This document shows, in pieces, positions 19,055-30,296 of a stretch of 64,000 bases of DNA; the stretch's first letter is position 1; each line of letters starts with the position of its first letter. The DNA comes from a virus (Duplodnaviria > Caudoviricetes), in the IMG/VR virus record IMGVR_UViG_3300021197_001180, positions 768 to 64,767 of that record. One strand, 5' to 3'. The notes below the pieces were generated by a model. That model had not been told where the DNA came from, ran no database searches, and saw nothing but the letters and a program-made list of their open reading frames with translations. The position numbers and the translations under genes were made by a program.

Positions 19055-19440
19055 TGGCTAACCAATTATATCCTTTAGGTAAAGAAGGATTCATTACTAA
19101 ACAGATCGATATGTCTGCTGATAATATCAAAGCAATCTTAACCAGGGATGCTTACAACGCAGCTGATCAGTTTCTCTCTGATATCTCAGATGTAGTAGCT
19201 ACCTCAGTTAACTTAACCTCTAAGACTGTAGCTCTAGGAGTCTTTGATTCCGCAGACATTACATACCCCACAGTAGGGGCAGCTGCTATTACTAACTATC
19301 TAGTTATGTATCAAGATACTGGAGCGGCAGGAACTTCAAGACTTATAGCACATATAGACACAGCAACAGGATTACCTGTAACACCTGATGGAACTAACAT
19401 CACTGTGGAGGTGAACGCCTCAGGCTGGTTTGCCTTATGA
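19054..19440 (+). CDS. Virion structural protein
   Basis: GVFDSAD...SRLIAHID..TGLPVTPDG pattern; position in late operon. Confidence 0.7.
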   Translation: MANQLYPLGKEGFITKQIDMSADNIKAILTRDAYNAADQFLSDISDVVATSVNLTSKTVALGVFDSADITYPTVGAAAITNYLVMYQDTGAAGTSRLIAHIDTATGLPVTPDGTNITVEVNASGWFAL

Positions 19441-20105
19441 TGCTTCAAGACTTTAATTCTTTAATAGTAGCTCAGGCCTATGAGGTTAAAGGTCAGAGGA
19501 TGATTAGTCCTGACATGATGACTGCTTTCTTAGCGAGGGCAGGTATCTTCAGAGCTATTCAATCTGAAGACTCCGAAGCAGCTGCGGCTCTTAGGGCAGC
19601 CTTACAGTTTGGGTCTGAGTTTAACTTAATTGAGGACCATCCTTTAAGTGTTGAATCTTTATTAGGCGGATTAGCAGCGGCTACTCCAGAGTTCGTTAAG
19701 TCCCTTAAAGACTATGCTAACCCTATATCAAGACCATTTAAGGATAGTACACCTGAGGACTTCGAGGCTTCAAAGCTTATAGGTCTTTCAAGTTCTAGTA
19801 GAACTAAGTATACAGGCATTGAGGCAGATTTCATCGTTAATGTAGGATTAGAAGCTATCGAAGTTAAAGTAGACTTTGAGACTACGACTATTAAAGACTT
19901 AACCCTTAAGCTTAGCTTAGCTGAGAAAGAACAAGGTGAATTAGACTTTTATCCTTTGGACTACTCTCCTGAATTCAAGATACCTAAAGGTACTTTAAAG
20001 AGGAAGGTAACTATCCCTAGGAAACTTAAAGGTAGGCATATACAAATCACAGGCGAAGTTGATATTAAAGGGGCTAGCTTTAGCTTAGATGTAGGAGGTA
20101 GATAA
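19437..20105 (+). CDS. Hypothetical virion-associated protein
   Basis: ATGA-coupled to previous gene. Confidence 0.65.
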   Translation: MMLQDFNSLIVAQAYEVKGQRMISPDMMTAFLARAGIFRAIQSEDSEAAAALRAALQFGSEFNLIEDHPLSVESLLGGLAAATPEFVKSLKDYANPISRPFKDSTPEDFEASKLIGLSSSSRTKYTGIEADFIVNVGLEAIEVKVDFETTTIKDLTLKLSLAEKEQGELDFYPLDYSPEFKIPKGTLKRKVTIPRKLKGRHIQITGEVDIKGASFSLDVGGR

Positions 20106-22222
20106 TGATAACATATCCAAGTGAGATTAACTTACCAGTACAACCTGCATGGGATAACCCTGACTTGGATGGTATCTTAACCTTACAGTACTTTGATGGT
20201 ACTACAACTTACGATGCATTATCAGGGGCTTCAGGTGTAGCCTTTGATAATGCTAATTCCTTAGGTACTACAGGTGCTAAGGGTGAGCAGGTGTCCGCTA
20301 CATGGATATCTAAACCAGCAGGTATTGATAGTGACCCTTATAGTTTATTCGAGACCTTCGAGGACTCAAAGGATAACTATCAATTAAAAGTTACCTTCCC
20401 TCAAGGGACTGAGAAGATAGCGATGACCCCTACGACTAATCTATCTAAGGACTTTGCTTTAGATTTTGAGCTATCTTATGAGACAACAGCTCTAGCTAAT
20501 CCTTCTGTATTAGTACAAGGTACTGCAACGTCGGGACAACATCATATATTCTTCAATGGAACTACACTGAGGATGGGTATGCAATGGGCAACCTTTACTT
20601 TCACATTACCTGTTACATTACCTGTAACATCAGGGGGCCCTTACAACTTTAAGGTTCGTTTGGTGGGTGGTACACTTACAGCTTTCCTAGACGGAGTAGC
20701 AATGACTGGCTCCTTTACAAGTGTGACTCAGGGTTTCTTACTTGAGGATGATGAACTATGTACTAATACCTCATCAGGTATTAAGATTAAGCATTTTAAA
20801 TATATAAGCTATGATTTCCCTGGGGACTCTCGGTACTGGTTGTTTAATAAGACCAGCGGCACTACTGTAACTGATGAGATCAATGGGCAGTTGTTGACTT
20901 TAACTAACTTTACTGGGGATTCAGGATGGGAGAGGATTCTTCCTCTAATATCAACTTCTATAGGAACCGGTCAGGATTATACTAGCTTTGCTGCACACCG
21001 CACTGGTGAGAAAGGTAAAGGTAATGTACTTAGTGAAGTAATAGTAACAGAAAGTCAGGAGCTACCCGCTGAGGTTCGGTATTTTAATGGGGAATTTGAA
21101 CAGCTATGCATACGAGGGGCTACCCCTTTCAACGGTAAGTTAGGTGATGCTGGTAACATAAGTATCCGACAGTCTATAGGATACACAGGTAATCTGTTCC
21201 AACATGCTCAGATTCTTGAGTTTAGGGATATTGATTTCTTAACTAATACTACCCGTGCAGTGGCTCATGATACTTCTAGTACTTTAATTGCTACCTCTTG
21301 TGGGTTTGAATCTGATCAGATGTGTATCTTCCCTACTAATACTGTGTACATTACTATTAAAGAAAGTCAATTAAAAGCACCTAACGATTATTGTATTCAG
21401 ATAGCTGGTGGCTCTGGTTCTTTAACATTACTTGATAACCACATAATTGGTAATTCAGAATTCGGCTCTTTACGTATACGAGGTACGGGGGATTCTTATT
21501 TAGTTAATAACGTCATTGAGACCTTAAGCACTAAAGGAATACGTGATGATACGGGGAATATTAAAGGTCTTAATAATATAACTAATGATGCTTCAGCTAC
21601 TACCTTAGGTGTAGGTATTCAATCCGATATGACTGGGTGGTTTACTTCTGACGAACAAGTAACCTCAACAGGTAGAACAGGGATAGGTACTAGTACTGGG
21701 TGGAATAATTCTAACATATTAGAGTGGGCGAATGAAGTATCACCTCCAGGGGATAAGATTATACAGCCTGGATTCATTAGCTCTACTGCTGTACTATACG
21801 ATCCCACAGTCCTTGGGTCCACTAAGATTATCCCTGGATTTATTGATTCAACTAGCCAAGTCTTCCAGCCGGAAGTCAAGAAGGCTAAGAGGATTACAAT
21901 CAATACTAGGATAGAAGGTACTACGTTATATAGTCCCACCGTTAGGCAGCATAAGAAGATTACCTTAGAGACTATAGGGTCTACAAGTCAAGTCTTTAGT
22001 CCTATCGTTAAGATGGATCAGCTGATAGAGTTAGAGAGAATAGAATCTACTAGCCAAGTCTTTGCTCCTATCTTTAAAGGTGAGAAGTTTATTGAACCTG
22101 GATTTATATACTCAAGTGCTATTGTGTTTGTTCCTACCGTGACAGGAGGGGCACCACCCGCAGCACTTCCTGACTCATCAGTCCGTGATGGAATACAATG
22201 GGACAGCATGAATCGCTTATAA
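20105..22222 (+). CDS. Fibre/spike-like protein (LamG-like, beta-helix-like and C-terminal repeat regions)
   Basis: Thr/Gly-rich beta composition; repeats of I-x-x-x-x-I-x-S-T-x-x-V-F-x-P. Confidence 0.65.
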   Translation: MITYPSEINLPVQPAWDNPDLDGILTLQYFDGTTTYDALSGASGVAFDNANSLGTTGAKGEQVSATWISKPAGIDSDPYSLFETFEDSKDNYQLKVTFPQGTEKIAMTPTTNLSKDFALDFELSYETTALANPSVLVQGTATSGQHHIFFNGTTLRMGMQWATFTFTLPVTLPVTSGGPYNFKVRLVGGTLTAFLDGVAMTGSFTSVTQGFLLEDDELCTNTSSGIKIKHFKYISYDFPGDSRYWLFNKTSGTTVTDEINGQLLTLTNFTGDSGWERILPLISTSIGTGQDYTSFAAHRTGEKGKGNVLSEVIVTESQELPAEVRYFNGEFEQLCIRGATPFNGKLGDAGNISIRQSIGYTGNLFQHAQILEFRDIDFLTNTTRAVAHDTSSTLIATSCGFESDQMCIFPTNTVYITIKESQLKAPNDYCIQIAGGSGSLTLLDNHIIGNSEFGSLRIRGTGDSYLVNNVIETLSTKGIRDDTGNIKGLNNITNDASATTLGVGIQSDMTGWFTSDEQVTSTGRTGIGTSTGWNNSNILEWANEVSPPGDKIIQPGFISSTAVLYDPTVLGSTKIIPGFIDSTSQVFQPEVKKAKRITINTRIEGTTLYSPTVRQHKKITLETIGSTSQVFSPIVKMDQLIELERIESTSQVFAPIFKGEKFIEPGFIYSSAIVFVPTVTGGAPPAALPDSSVRDGIQWDSMNRL

Positions 22223-22231
22223 GGAGAAACA

Positions 22232-22927
22232 ATGACATATTTAGAATACACTAACATTATACTACAGGGAATCAATGAAGTACCTTTGACTTCTCAACAG
22301 TTCCAATCGGCCCGTGGGTTACAACAGTTTGCTAAGGAAGCTATCAATAGAACTTACTTTGATATCGTAGGTGAATATAAATGGCCTTGGATGCATGACT
22401 TAACAGATACTTCATTAGGTACTCCAGAACTTTCAGGTGAGAAGTCCTTAGTGCCTACTACTGAATGGACTACGATCCCTGTTGCTAATCCCTACAAGGA
22501 TGCTGTAGATTGGTCTACGATCTACTACACTAATGCTGATGATGATAAGAAGGACTTAACTTATTTAAACTGGGAACAATATCAAGATGGTCAAACCATT
22601 ATTGATTCACTCTCTGAACCTAAGTATATAGTCCAGTCAGCTGACGGTAGGTCTATGGGTTTACTCCCGTTCCCTACGGATATCTCCAACATAGGTAAAT
22701 TATATTATAGGATATGGGCTAGGCCTTCTCGGTTTGAGTTTGCAACCGATGAGATCCCTATGCCTGACATCCATTATAATGTATTAGTAGATGGAGCCTT
22801 GCATCAACTATGGAGCTTTAGAGGTAACATAGAGCAAGCACAGATAGCCTACTCTAGGTTTGAGAAAGGTATGAAGAAGATGAAGCAGAAGTATACTAAC
22901 CAAACCAATAGGGCTTGGTGGGTCTAG
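22232..22927 (+). CDS. Tail adaptor / tubular protein A-like
   Basis: MTYLEYTNIIL..INE N-terminus, WPW, VLVDGA motifs. Confidence 0.75.
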   Translation: MTYLEYTNIILQGINEVPLTSQQFQSARGLQQFAKEAINRTYFDIVGEYKWPWMHDLTDTSLGTPELSGEKSLVPTTEWTTIPVANPYKDAVDWSTIYYTNADDDKKDLTYLNWEQYQDGQTIIDSLSEPKYIVQSADGRSMGLLPFPTDISNIGKLYYRIWARPSRFEFATDEIPMPDIHYNVLVDGALHQLWSFRGNIEQAQIAYSRFEKGMKKMKQKYTNQTNRAWWV

Positions 22928-24555
22928 TGGCTGCAACAGAGCAGACCTTCCCTATCGCGTGTAGGGGAGGATTAGACCTGACAACTAACACGCAAGAATT
23001 ACTCAATAAACCTGGATGGGCTACACGCTTAGTAAACTTTGAGCCATCTAATGATGGTGGTTACCGAAGGATCTCAGGGTATACACCCCTAGGTTCTGGT
23101 AGAACTCCAGGTACTGAGGAGAATAGGATTAAAGGGGTACACTGGGTTGATGATAGATTACTTATTGCTTGTCATGACTCAGCAGTTTATTTAACTTATG
23201 ATTTAACTAACTGGACTCAGATCAATAAGACTATGGATTTAGTGGCAAACCCAAATGGTATTGATTACACAGCTCTACAAGCTGCCGTTGCTTTACCTAG
23301 AAGTACTAGTTATCATTATAACTTCCAAGTCTTTAGGCAAGGAACAGAGGTAATTATAATGGGAGCTTCGGAAGGCTCCAGTCCTTTCTTCTTTAAGATC
23401 GATGGCACTACATTAGAAGATAGTACATATACTTACAAGGAGTTATCCTTAACAGCAGGATCTCTATCGGGAGCTACACACTCTGAGAAGTTTAAAGATC
23501 AGTATGTTATATCGGGAATGGATTCAGCACCAGCTGAGATCTACTACTCTGACATCCTTAAACCTGATGACTTCGAAGGAGGTAACGCAGGTTCTATAGG
23601 ATTCAATGATACAGTAGTAGGTTTACAGATGTTCAGGGAATCTTTATATGTATTCTGTCGTAACTCAATCCATAAGGTTGACGGGTTATCTAGTGGTTCC
23701 CCTCAACGAGTCCAAGTAACTACAAGGATTGGTTGTGTTAATGGGGATTCCATTCAGGAACTAGCAGGTGACTTAGTGTTCCTAAGTCCCGATGGTATCC
23801 GAACTCTTTCAGCAACCGCTAGGATAGGCGATGTAAATATATCTACCTTATCTGAGTCAGTAGCTAATAGACTTAGGGTTATCAATAAAGACATAGACTT
23901 ATATGACGTGAGGAGTGAAACACTTAAGAACAAAGTACAGTATAGAATATTCTTTAAAGCTAAACCTGGAGAACCTGTAGGTTCTTATAGTCTTATAATG
24001 CATATGGAGTTAGATGAGAATGGTAACTCACGTCCTGCATTCTCTGAGATTACAGGGTTTGAAGTAGCTTCTATTCATAATGGTTTCTATGGAGGCAAGG
24101 AGAAGACTGTTACTGGTGATCTAGTAGGTAACCTTTGGTTCCATGATGAAGGGGTAGACTTTAATGGAGCCTACATATACTTCCTATATGAGACACCTTT
24201 CTTTGCTATTGATGACCCAGGGCTTAGGAAGAATGTACACAAGCTCTTAACATACTTAAAGGTTGAAGGAGATACAAGTTTCAACATAGCAGTTAAGTAT
24301 GATCATGATGCTAAGGAAGCTTATCAACCTGCACCTTATGCTGTTGGTCCTCTTAAAGCCCCAGCGCTTTATGGAACTACAGTCTATAAGACTGGCAACG
24401 TAACATATGGTACTGAGAAAGCACCAGTAGTTAACACCTTGACCGAGGGATCAGGTAAGACTATCGCAATCAGGATATTCCCTTCAGGTGAACGATGTGA
24501 TCCTTTTAGTCTTCAGGGCTTTGATCTATCCTTCGTTCCATCAGGTAGAATTTAA
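22927..24555 (+). CDS. Tail nozzle / stabilisation (tubular B-like) protein
   Basis: NFEP...GGYRRI, IQELAGDLVFLSPDGIR motifs; GTG start overlaps upstream TAG. Confidence 0.75.
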   Translation: MAATEQTFPIACRGGLDLTTNTQELLNKPGWATRLVNFEPSNDGGYRRISGYTPLGSGRTPGTEENRIKGVHWVDDRLLIACHDSAVYLTYDLTNWTQINKTMDLVANPNGIDYTALQAAVALPRSTSYHYNFQVFRQGTEVIIMGASEGSSPFFFKIDGTTLEDSTYTYKELSLTAGSLSGATHSEKFKDQYVISGMDSAPAEIYYSDILKPDDFEGGNAGSIGFNDTVVGLQMFRESLYVFCRNSIHKVDGLSSGSPQRVQVTTRIGCVNGDSIQELAGDLVFLSPDGIRTLSATARIGDVNISTLSESVANRLRVINKDIDLYDVRSETLKNKVQYRIFFKAKPGEPVGSYSLIMHMELDENGNSRPAFSEITGFEVASIHNGFYGGKEKTVTGDLVGNLWFHDEGVDFNGAYIYFLYETPFFAIDDPGLRKNVHKLLTYLKVEGDTSFNIAVKYDHDAKEAYQPAPYAVGPLKAPALYGTTVYKTGNVTYGTEKAPVVNTLTEGSGKTIAIRIFPSGERCDPFSLQGFDLSFVPSGRI

Positions 24556-24568
24556 CAGGAGGATTATA

Positions 24569-25120
24569 ATGAAAGCATATGTGTACCAGTTACTATTTCC
24601 TAACAACAAAGAGTATATAGGAGTGACTACAGATTTAGATACAAGATTCTCGAAGCATCGTTCTGACAAATCTAAAGTCGTAGGTAAAGCTATTACTAAG
24701 TATGGCTGGGATAATGTCAAGAGAGATTATAAAGAATTTGAGAATGAAGCAGAAGCTTATGATTATGAGGCTGAGATAGTGGATCAACCCTTTGTAGATT
24801 CACGCAACACTTATAATCAGAAACTAGGAGGTCGCTTCTCTCCTTTCATGAATCAACTTATTAGAGATAAGATTAGTGAATCTAAGAAAGGACATGAAAC
24901 AGATGAAGAGACTAGACTGAGAATATCGAATACTTTAAATCCTAATGGTTATCCTACTCTAATACACGAAGAACATGGAGTTCATACTCCTTCTACCCTA
25001 CAAGGGTTTGCAAGGAAGTGGGAGCTTAATGCTCCTGATGTACATAGATTAATTAAAGGCGGCCGTCCTTCAACTAAAGGATGGAGAATTCATACAGATA
25101 AGGAGGTGATCTATCGCTAA
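24569..25120 (+). mobile_element. Free-standing GIY-YIG homing endonuclease
   Basis: AYVY...EYIGVT..L..RF..H, YN...GG, NUMOD3-like KISESKKGH, C-terminal KGW; GGAGG SD before ATG 24569. Confidence 0.85.
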
Positions 25121-25805
25121 TGGCTATACTCGACAATCCGTGTTCATAGATGGTGATGTAATCTTAGCAGAACATGGTAACTTAGAATTTGATTGGTTGG
25201 TTAATGTCTTTAATGATGTGACTGGACATAATCATGACGGTACGGTAGGTGGTGGAGCTGCTGTTCCCTTGCTTAAGGATTTAACTTTAGCTCAAGACTT
25301 TACCTTGAGTTCCACAGGAGTTACAGGTTCTGTAATCCTTGATGAGATTGGTTTAGTAACAAACTCAGATAAGCATTTAGCAACTCAGAAGTCTATTAAG
25401 TTATATGTAGATACTAATGCTGCTACCCTAGAGGCAGTTGATATTGGTTTACAATCACAGATAGATGTGTTTGAGAACTCTAACCATGGACACATTAACT
25501 TATCACAGTTAAACCAAGTAGGCTTAACGGCTCTCTCAACGGTAGACTTTGAAGCTGTATATGGTTACGATTATCTCATTGATGGTACTAGTAATACAGT
25601 AGATTGTACATTACCTGTACCAGCAGCAGGTCAAGAGTTTCTCATTACTAACTCTAGGTTCTCAACGAATGTAGTACAAGTATTGAACCCAACACAAACA
25701 ATCAAAGGAGCTATTGAAGTAGCCCCTGGAACTAATATAATCTTAGCCCCTGGTGATACCATCAGACTCGTAGCTACTGATTCAACAACAATGGAGGTAA
25801 TATAA
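25113..25805 (+). CDS. Tail fibre anchor/adaptor protein; proposed ATC start
   Basis: In-frame (I)ANGYTRQSVFIDGDVI, GHNHDG, LATQKSIKLYVD; AAGGAGGTG SD before ATC 25113. Confidence 0.75.
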   Translation: MANGYTRQSVFIDGDVILAEHGNLEFDWLVNVFNDVTGHNHDGTVGGGAAVPLLKDLTLAQDFTLSSTGVTGSVILDEIGLVTNSDKHLATQKSIKLYVDTNAATLEAVDIGLQSQIDVFENSNHGHINLSQLNQVGLTALSTVDFEAVYGYDYLIDGTSNTVDCTLPVPAAGQEFLITNSRFSTNVVQVLNPTQTIKGAIEVAPGTNIILAPGDTIRLVATDSTTMEVI

Positions 25806-27721
25806 TGGCTGAGAAATTCAGTAAGGTAGCTGGGAGTGGCTCCACAAATACTAAGGTTACAATCCCCGTTAAGGATATCACAGTCTCTGGGGACTTACAG
25901 ATTGGTGATGAGATGTCCTATCAAACAAGAACTAATACTCTTATCCCTCAACGACATTTAAACAATAGTACCCACAAGACTGGAGAGAAGATAGGTACCG
26001 TCGTTAACGGTGCTCTTTCTATTTCCTTTGTTATAGGTAAGGGTGATCAGTTTCTAGTATCATTAGTTAGTTATTACCTAAGTTCTGCTACAGCTACTCA
26101 TGTTATTAATTGTGAAATTACTGATAGGTTTACAGGTACTACGACTACTAAGAACTTTTCATTAGTTGCTTCATCTACTTTCAGTAGTGTTGTATTCTCT
26201 AACTTTGTAGCTTACAGGGATAGTCAAACTGCTGCTGTAGCTGTAGGTACTGATACTAATCTATACACAGCACCTATAGTATTCTATGCTCCAGACGGTG
26301 ACGTAGATAATATAACATTGAATAATGTAGCTATTTCAGGTTCTTATGCTGTACTTAATTCTACTTATGGTTTTGATACTACTTTATCTGCTACTAATAC
26401 AGAATTATTATGGATGACTGATGGTAGGTTATTTGTGAAAGCAGCATATGATACTTCTAATACAAGGACTAAGTTCTACACAGTTAATGGTTCTGTAGCT
26501 AGCGCTCAGTCTTCAATAGCTAGACGAACTGATGTAACGCCTGGAAGCCCTGAGTCTCTATATGAAACTCCAGATGGCAATGTAATAGGTATGGATACAA
26601 CTGAGATTCTATTTATCTATAATATTACAGGGGACGCTGTGATCTTAGGAGCTGTAGATGTCTCACAAAGAATTAATGCAGCGGCTGTTAGTCATGCTAT
26701 CTTTACATCGGCAACTGGTAAGATCCTAATGGCTGGTAAGTATTCAACTAGTATATTCATTGAAGAGATTACCTTAGGAGCTAGTGATGCCACAATATCA
26801 CATACATCTTACGGTTCATTCTCTGGCGTTAATGCTCAGTCTTCTTATATCTTTGTATCTCCGGAGAAGGAATTATACTTCACTAATACAGGTACTATTC
26901 AGTCCTCCTTTAGTAAGGTAGCTATTGATCCAGCTACTGGAGACTTAGCGCTCAATCAGGACTCGGAATACTTCTTAGATACACAGGTTATAGATGAATC
27001 TAGAAAGAATCCTGAAGCCTCTAACACCTACAACTTTACTAAGGATTTATTTACATCAGTAGATGTAGAGCCTCCGTCTAATACTAGCTCAGGTCTTGCA
27101 ACTTGTGGTACTATGGATGCTAGGTTTAATCTATTAGGAGTCCCAGGTGCTGAACCGTTCTTTAGGATTGGTACAGTAGTAGAGATTGATGGGTTGGATG
27201 TGACTATAGATACTTCAGGTTATGGTTCACTTATCGAGGTAGATAATACCCATGATGCTGGTACAGAGTTAGTTAAGGACTGGACGTTTGCTTTAACCCC
27301 TGAGTTTATCTTTAAGCTAGATGAAAGAGTATTAGCTACTAACTACTACCAACAAGTTATCTATACATATGGGACAACTGTAGGTAGTAGAGGTGGTGAA
27401 CAAGATTCTTCATTCTCAGGAAGTACTATAGATGGTATGATTGCTGTTGTTAACTCTGATGATCTTGAGATAACCATTGAAGATGAGTACTGTAGAGACT
27501 TAGTATGTCATGGTTCAGGAGCTGGAGCAACAGCTTGTGCTATTAATGGCTTCATAGCTTTCGATGGTGTGTTGTTTCATGATCAAAATAGCTTTGGACT
27601 AGCAGCTCATACTGTAAGGACTAAGTGTATTGGTACTACTTCTATCATGTATGATCTATGGGTAGAGGGTACAGGACAGCAATTTATTCAACTATTAGAT
27701 CGTAAGGAGCCTTTAGAATAA
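25805..27721 (+). CDS. Receptor-binding / tail fibre protein
   Basis: 638 aa beta-rich protein after the fibre anchor. Confidence 0.65.
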   Translation: MAEKFSKVAGSGSTNTKVTIPVKDITVSGDLQIGDEMSYQTRTNTLIPQRHLNNSTHKTGEKIGTVVNGALSISFVIGKGDQFLVSLVSYYLSSATATHVINCEITDRFTGTTTTKNFSLVASSTFSSVVFSNFVAYRDSQTAAVAVGTDTNLYTAPIVFYAPDGDVDNITLNNVAISGSYAVLNSTYGFDTTLSATNTELLWMTDGRLFVKAAYDTSNTRTKFYTVNGSVASAQSSIARRTDVTPGSPESLYETPDGNVIGMDTTEILFIYNITGDAVILGAVDVSQRINAAAVSHAIFTSATGKILMAGKYSTSIFIEEITLGASDATISHTSYGSFSGVNAQSSYIFVSPEKELYFTNTGTIQSSFSKVAIDPATGDLALNQDSEYFLDTQVIDESRKNPEASNTYNFTKDLFTSVDVEPPSNTSSGLATCGTMDARFNLLGVPGAEPFFRIGTVVEIDGLDVTIDTSGYGSLIEVDNTHDAGTELVKDWTFALTPEFIFKLDERVLATNYYQQVIYTYGTTVGSRGGEQDSSFSGSTIDGMIAVVNSDDLEITIEDEYCRDLVCHGSGAGATACAINGFIAFDGVLFHDQNSFGLAAHTVRTKCIGTTSIMYDLWVEGTGQQFIQLLDRKEPLE

Positions 27722-28035
27722 TGAAAGTTACAATCGGACACCCAGGGAACCCTAAGACCCCTGAAGAACTAGAAGCTCTTAGACCTAAAAGGATGAAGAT
27801 AACTGTTGGATCTTTCCGCAGAAGGCTTACCCTATTAGAGAAGGTAGCTCTAACAGAGTCACCTATTACTATTGTTAAAGTATTAATGGATGACTTAGCT
27901 AGTTCTACTTACATTGATCTAGAATCCCAAGAGTTAAGAGAGGGCTTACAAGCTCTCGTAGACTTAGAGATCTTAGCGGTAAGTAGACTTCCTAATCTAT
28001 TCCAGGAAGGGACAGAGGAGGAAGCATGGAAGTAG
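27721..28035 (+). CDS. Putative tail fibre assembly protein
   Basis: ITVGSFRRRLT..EK...YIDL pattern following fibre gene. Confidence 0.55.
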   Translation: MKVTIGHPGNPKTPEELEALRPKRMKITVGSFRRRLTLLEKVALTESPITIVKVLMDDLASSTYIDLESQELREGLQALVDLEILAVSRLPNLFQEGTEEEAWK

Positions 28036-28364
28036 TAGGATACCTCTTCGTTGGTATCTTCGTAGTAGCATTCATAGGGTTCTTGGGTCTTCCCAAGGGC
28101 TCTAAGAGCTTTAGGGTTTCTAAGAACATCTGTCTTGGATATGATCAATGGCTAAATACTTTATTACTGGGATACCCTGATGAGACTATAAGCTCACGTG
28201 CCTATAAAGGAAGACTTAAAGGCAAGAAGAGATGGACATGGTTAGCTAATATCTTAGACTGGATAGATACAAACCATACAGCTAAGTCCGTAGAGTGGGA
28301 TGAAGGGACTGGGAAGTCTGATGATACGTTAAAAGCTGGCGCTAATAAAGATAAACAAACATAG
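28026..28364 (+). CDS. Conserved phage membrane protein
   Basis: DQWLNTLLLGYPDETISSRA motif; N-terminal TM. Confidence 0.65.
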   Translation: MEVVGYLFVGIFVVAFIGFLGLPKGSKSFRVSKNICLGYDQWLNTLLLGYPDETISSRAYKGRLKGKKRWTWLANILDWIDTNHTAKSVEWDEGTGKSDDTLKAGANKDKQT

Positions 28365-28373
28365 GAGGATTAA

Positions 28374-30293
28374 ATGGCATTAGAAGATAATAAACTCAGG
28401 ATGGGTGATACTCCTCCTAACACCCAACGATCTGGTACTGTCAGGGAGGAACTACGTAATGGGGATATACAACGACCAACTAGGGATAACTTCAGACAAC
28501 CCGCTCAAGATACCTTAACAAAGAATACATTAACTAGGGAAGCTCCTGCACCAGCTGCTGCTAAAGCACCTACTGCCCTACAAAGAGCAAGCACTCCTGG
28601 GATACCTGATGGTCCTATAGATGGTAGGGGTACTGGTTTCTTTGAGGACCCAAGATCTGGTAATGGTGACGTACATACAGGATTTGAAGATATAGGAGAC
28701 CCGAGGTTAGGTGGGGGTGGTAGATTCGGAGGAGGTGGAGGAGGAGGTGGAGAGCCTCCTGTTGTAGATCCTGGAGGTCCCGGGACTGTAGGTGGACCAA
28801 CTGACGGAGGCGGAGGCCCAGGATCTGGTAACCCCGCAGGTAATCCATTCGCTACTGGTGCTGCACCTGAAGGTACTATAGCTGAACAATACAACGCAGT
28901 AAGGAATCAACTATCTAATAATATTTTAAACCCTCAGTTACCTGATAGTGCTACTCAGTCGGCTACTCTTATAAGCGAAGGAGAAGGGGAGATTATAGAT
29001 CCTAACGATCCTTCATTCCAGATATCTCCTCAAGCTCAGATAGCTGCTGTAGGTTTTGGAGCTGCGGAAGCTGCTATAGGTATGGCTGTAACTCCTGCTG
29101 ATATGGCTGCTGCTCAAGCACAATATACTGAAGTAGTTGCCGCTGCTAAAGGTACTGTTAGTAAACTAGCGGGAGGTGGTAGAGCTACGGCTGCTAATGC
29201 TCAAGCTGCTATACAAGACTTAGATGCTGTAGATCCTAGGACAATGGCTAAAGCCTTAACTCATGAAGTACCTAACGGTGCTACAGTTAAAGGACAACTA
29301 GATGGTTTACTTGGAGACTTAGGGACTGGCAACATTCCAGATTGGGCCCAGCCTGCTATTGCACAAGCAGAAGCTCAGATGGCAGCTAGGGGTTTATCAA
29401 GCTCTAGTGTAGGACAGAATGCTATGTTCAATGCTATCATTAATGCTGCTATGCCGATTGCACAGGCTGATGCTAAGTCTAAACTTGCTGTATTCCAACA
29501 GGATATATCTAATGAACAGCAAGCAATGCTAGCTAACTCTACGTTCTTCCAGAACTTAACAATGAAGAACTTAGATAATAAACAGCAAGCCTCTATTGTT
29601 AACGCTACTAATGCTACGAATGCTAACATAGCTACAGCACAGAATCAAACTAATGCTTCTATTGCTAATGCTCAAGCTTTCCTTCAGATGGATATAGCTA
29701 ACTTAAACAATGAACAACAAGCATTGATGATGGATTCACAGTTTAGACAACAAACAATGTTAACTAATACTGCCGCTGAGAACACAGCTCTCCAGTTTAA
29801 TGCTCAGAGTCAACAACAAGCTGATCAGTTTAACGCAAACTTAGCCACTTCTGTAAGTCAGTTTAATGCTACTCAACAGAACTCAGCTAGACAGTTTAGT
29901 GCTAACGCTGCTAACTCAATGTCTCAGTTCAATGCTAACTTAGGGTTCCAGAGGGAACAGTTCAACGCTCAGAATGCTACGGCAATCTCACAGTCTAATG
30001 TTAACTGGCGTAGACAAATGAATCAAATGAATACAGCCGCAGAGAATGCAGTTAACCAAGCTAATGCTATGAATCAATTCAACTTGAGCAATCAAGCCCT
30101 GACGTTCCTATGGCAAGAGCAACGTGATGCAGCTAAGTGGGCTAATGATAATGTACAGAATGAAGAAGAGAGAAGGGTTAGGATGGCTATCGCCGCCTTA
30201 AGTAATGAATCAATGGCTGACGCTAAGTCCCTTGAGAACATTAAGACCTTAGCGGGAGCCGCTGTATCTATCTTCAATGCATGGGGGACTTAA
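28374..30293 (+). CDS. Internal virion / ejection protein
   Basis: Gly/Pro-rich N-part, QFNA repeats, Ala/Gln/Asn-rich. Confidence 0.7.
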   Translation: MALEDNKLRMGDTPPNTQRSGTVREELRNGDIQRPTRDNFRQPAQDTLTKNTLTREAPAPAAAKAPTALQRASTPGIPDGPIDGRGTGFFEDPRSGNGDVHTGFEDIGDPRLGGGGRFGGGGGGGGEPPVVDPGGPGTVGGPTDGGGGPGSGNPAGNPFATGAAPEGTIAEQYNAVRNQLSNNILNPQLPDSATQSATLISEGEGEIIDPNDPSFQISPQAQIAAVGFGAAEAAIGMAVTPADMAAAQAQYTEVVAAAKGTVSKLAGGGRATAANAQAAIQDLDAVDPRTMAKALTHEVPNGATVKGQLDGLLGDLGTGNIPDWAQPAIAQAEAQMAARGLSSSSVGQNAMFNAIINAAMPIAQADAKSKLAVFQQDISNEQQAMLANSTFFQNLTMKNLDNKQQASIVNATNATNANIATAQNQTNASIANAQAFLQMDIANLNNEQQALMMDSQFRQQTMLTNTAAENTALQFNAQSQQQADQFNANLATSVSQFNATQQNSARQFSANAANSMSQFNANLGFQREQFNAQNATAISQSNVNWRRQMNQMNTAAENAVNQANAMNQFNLSNQALTFLWQEQRDAAKWANDNVQNEEERRVRMAIAALSNESMADAKSLENIKTLAGAAVSIFNAWGT

Positions 30294-30296
30294 TAT

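Noticed and set aside
25805-27721. Diversity-generating retroelement acting on the fibre gene
   Set aside because: No reverse transcriptase and no template/variable repeat pair noticed.
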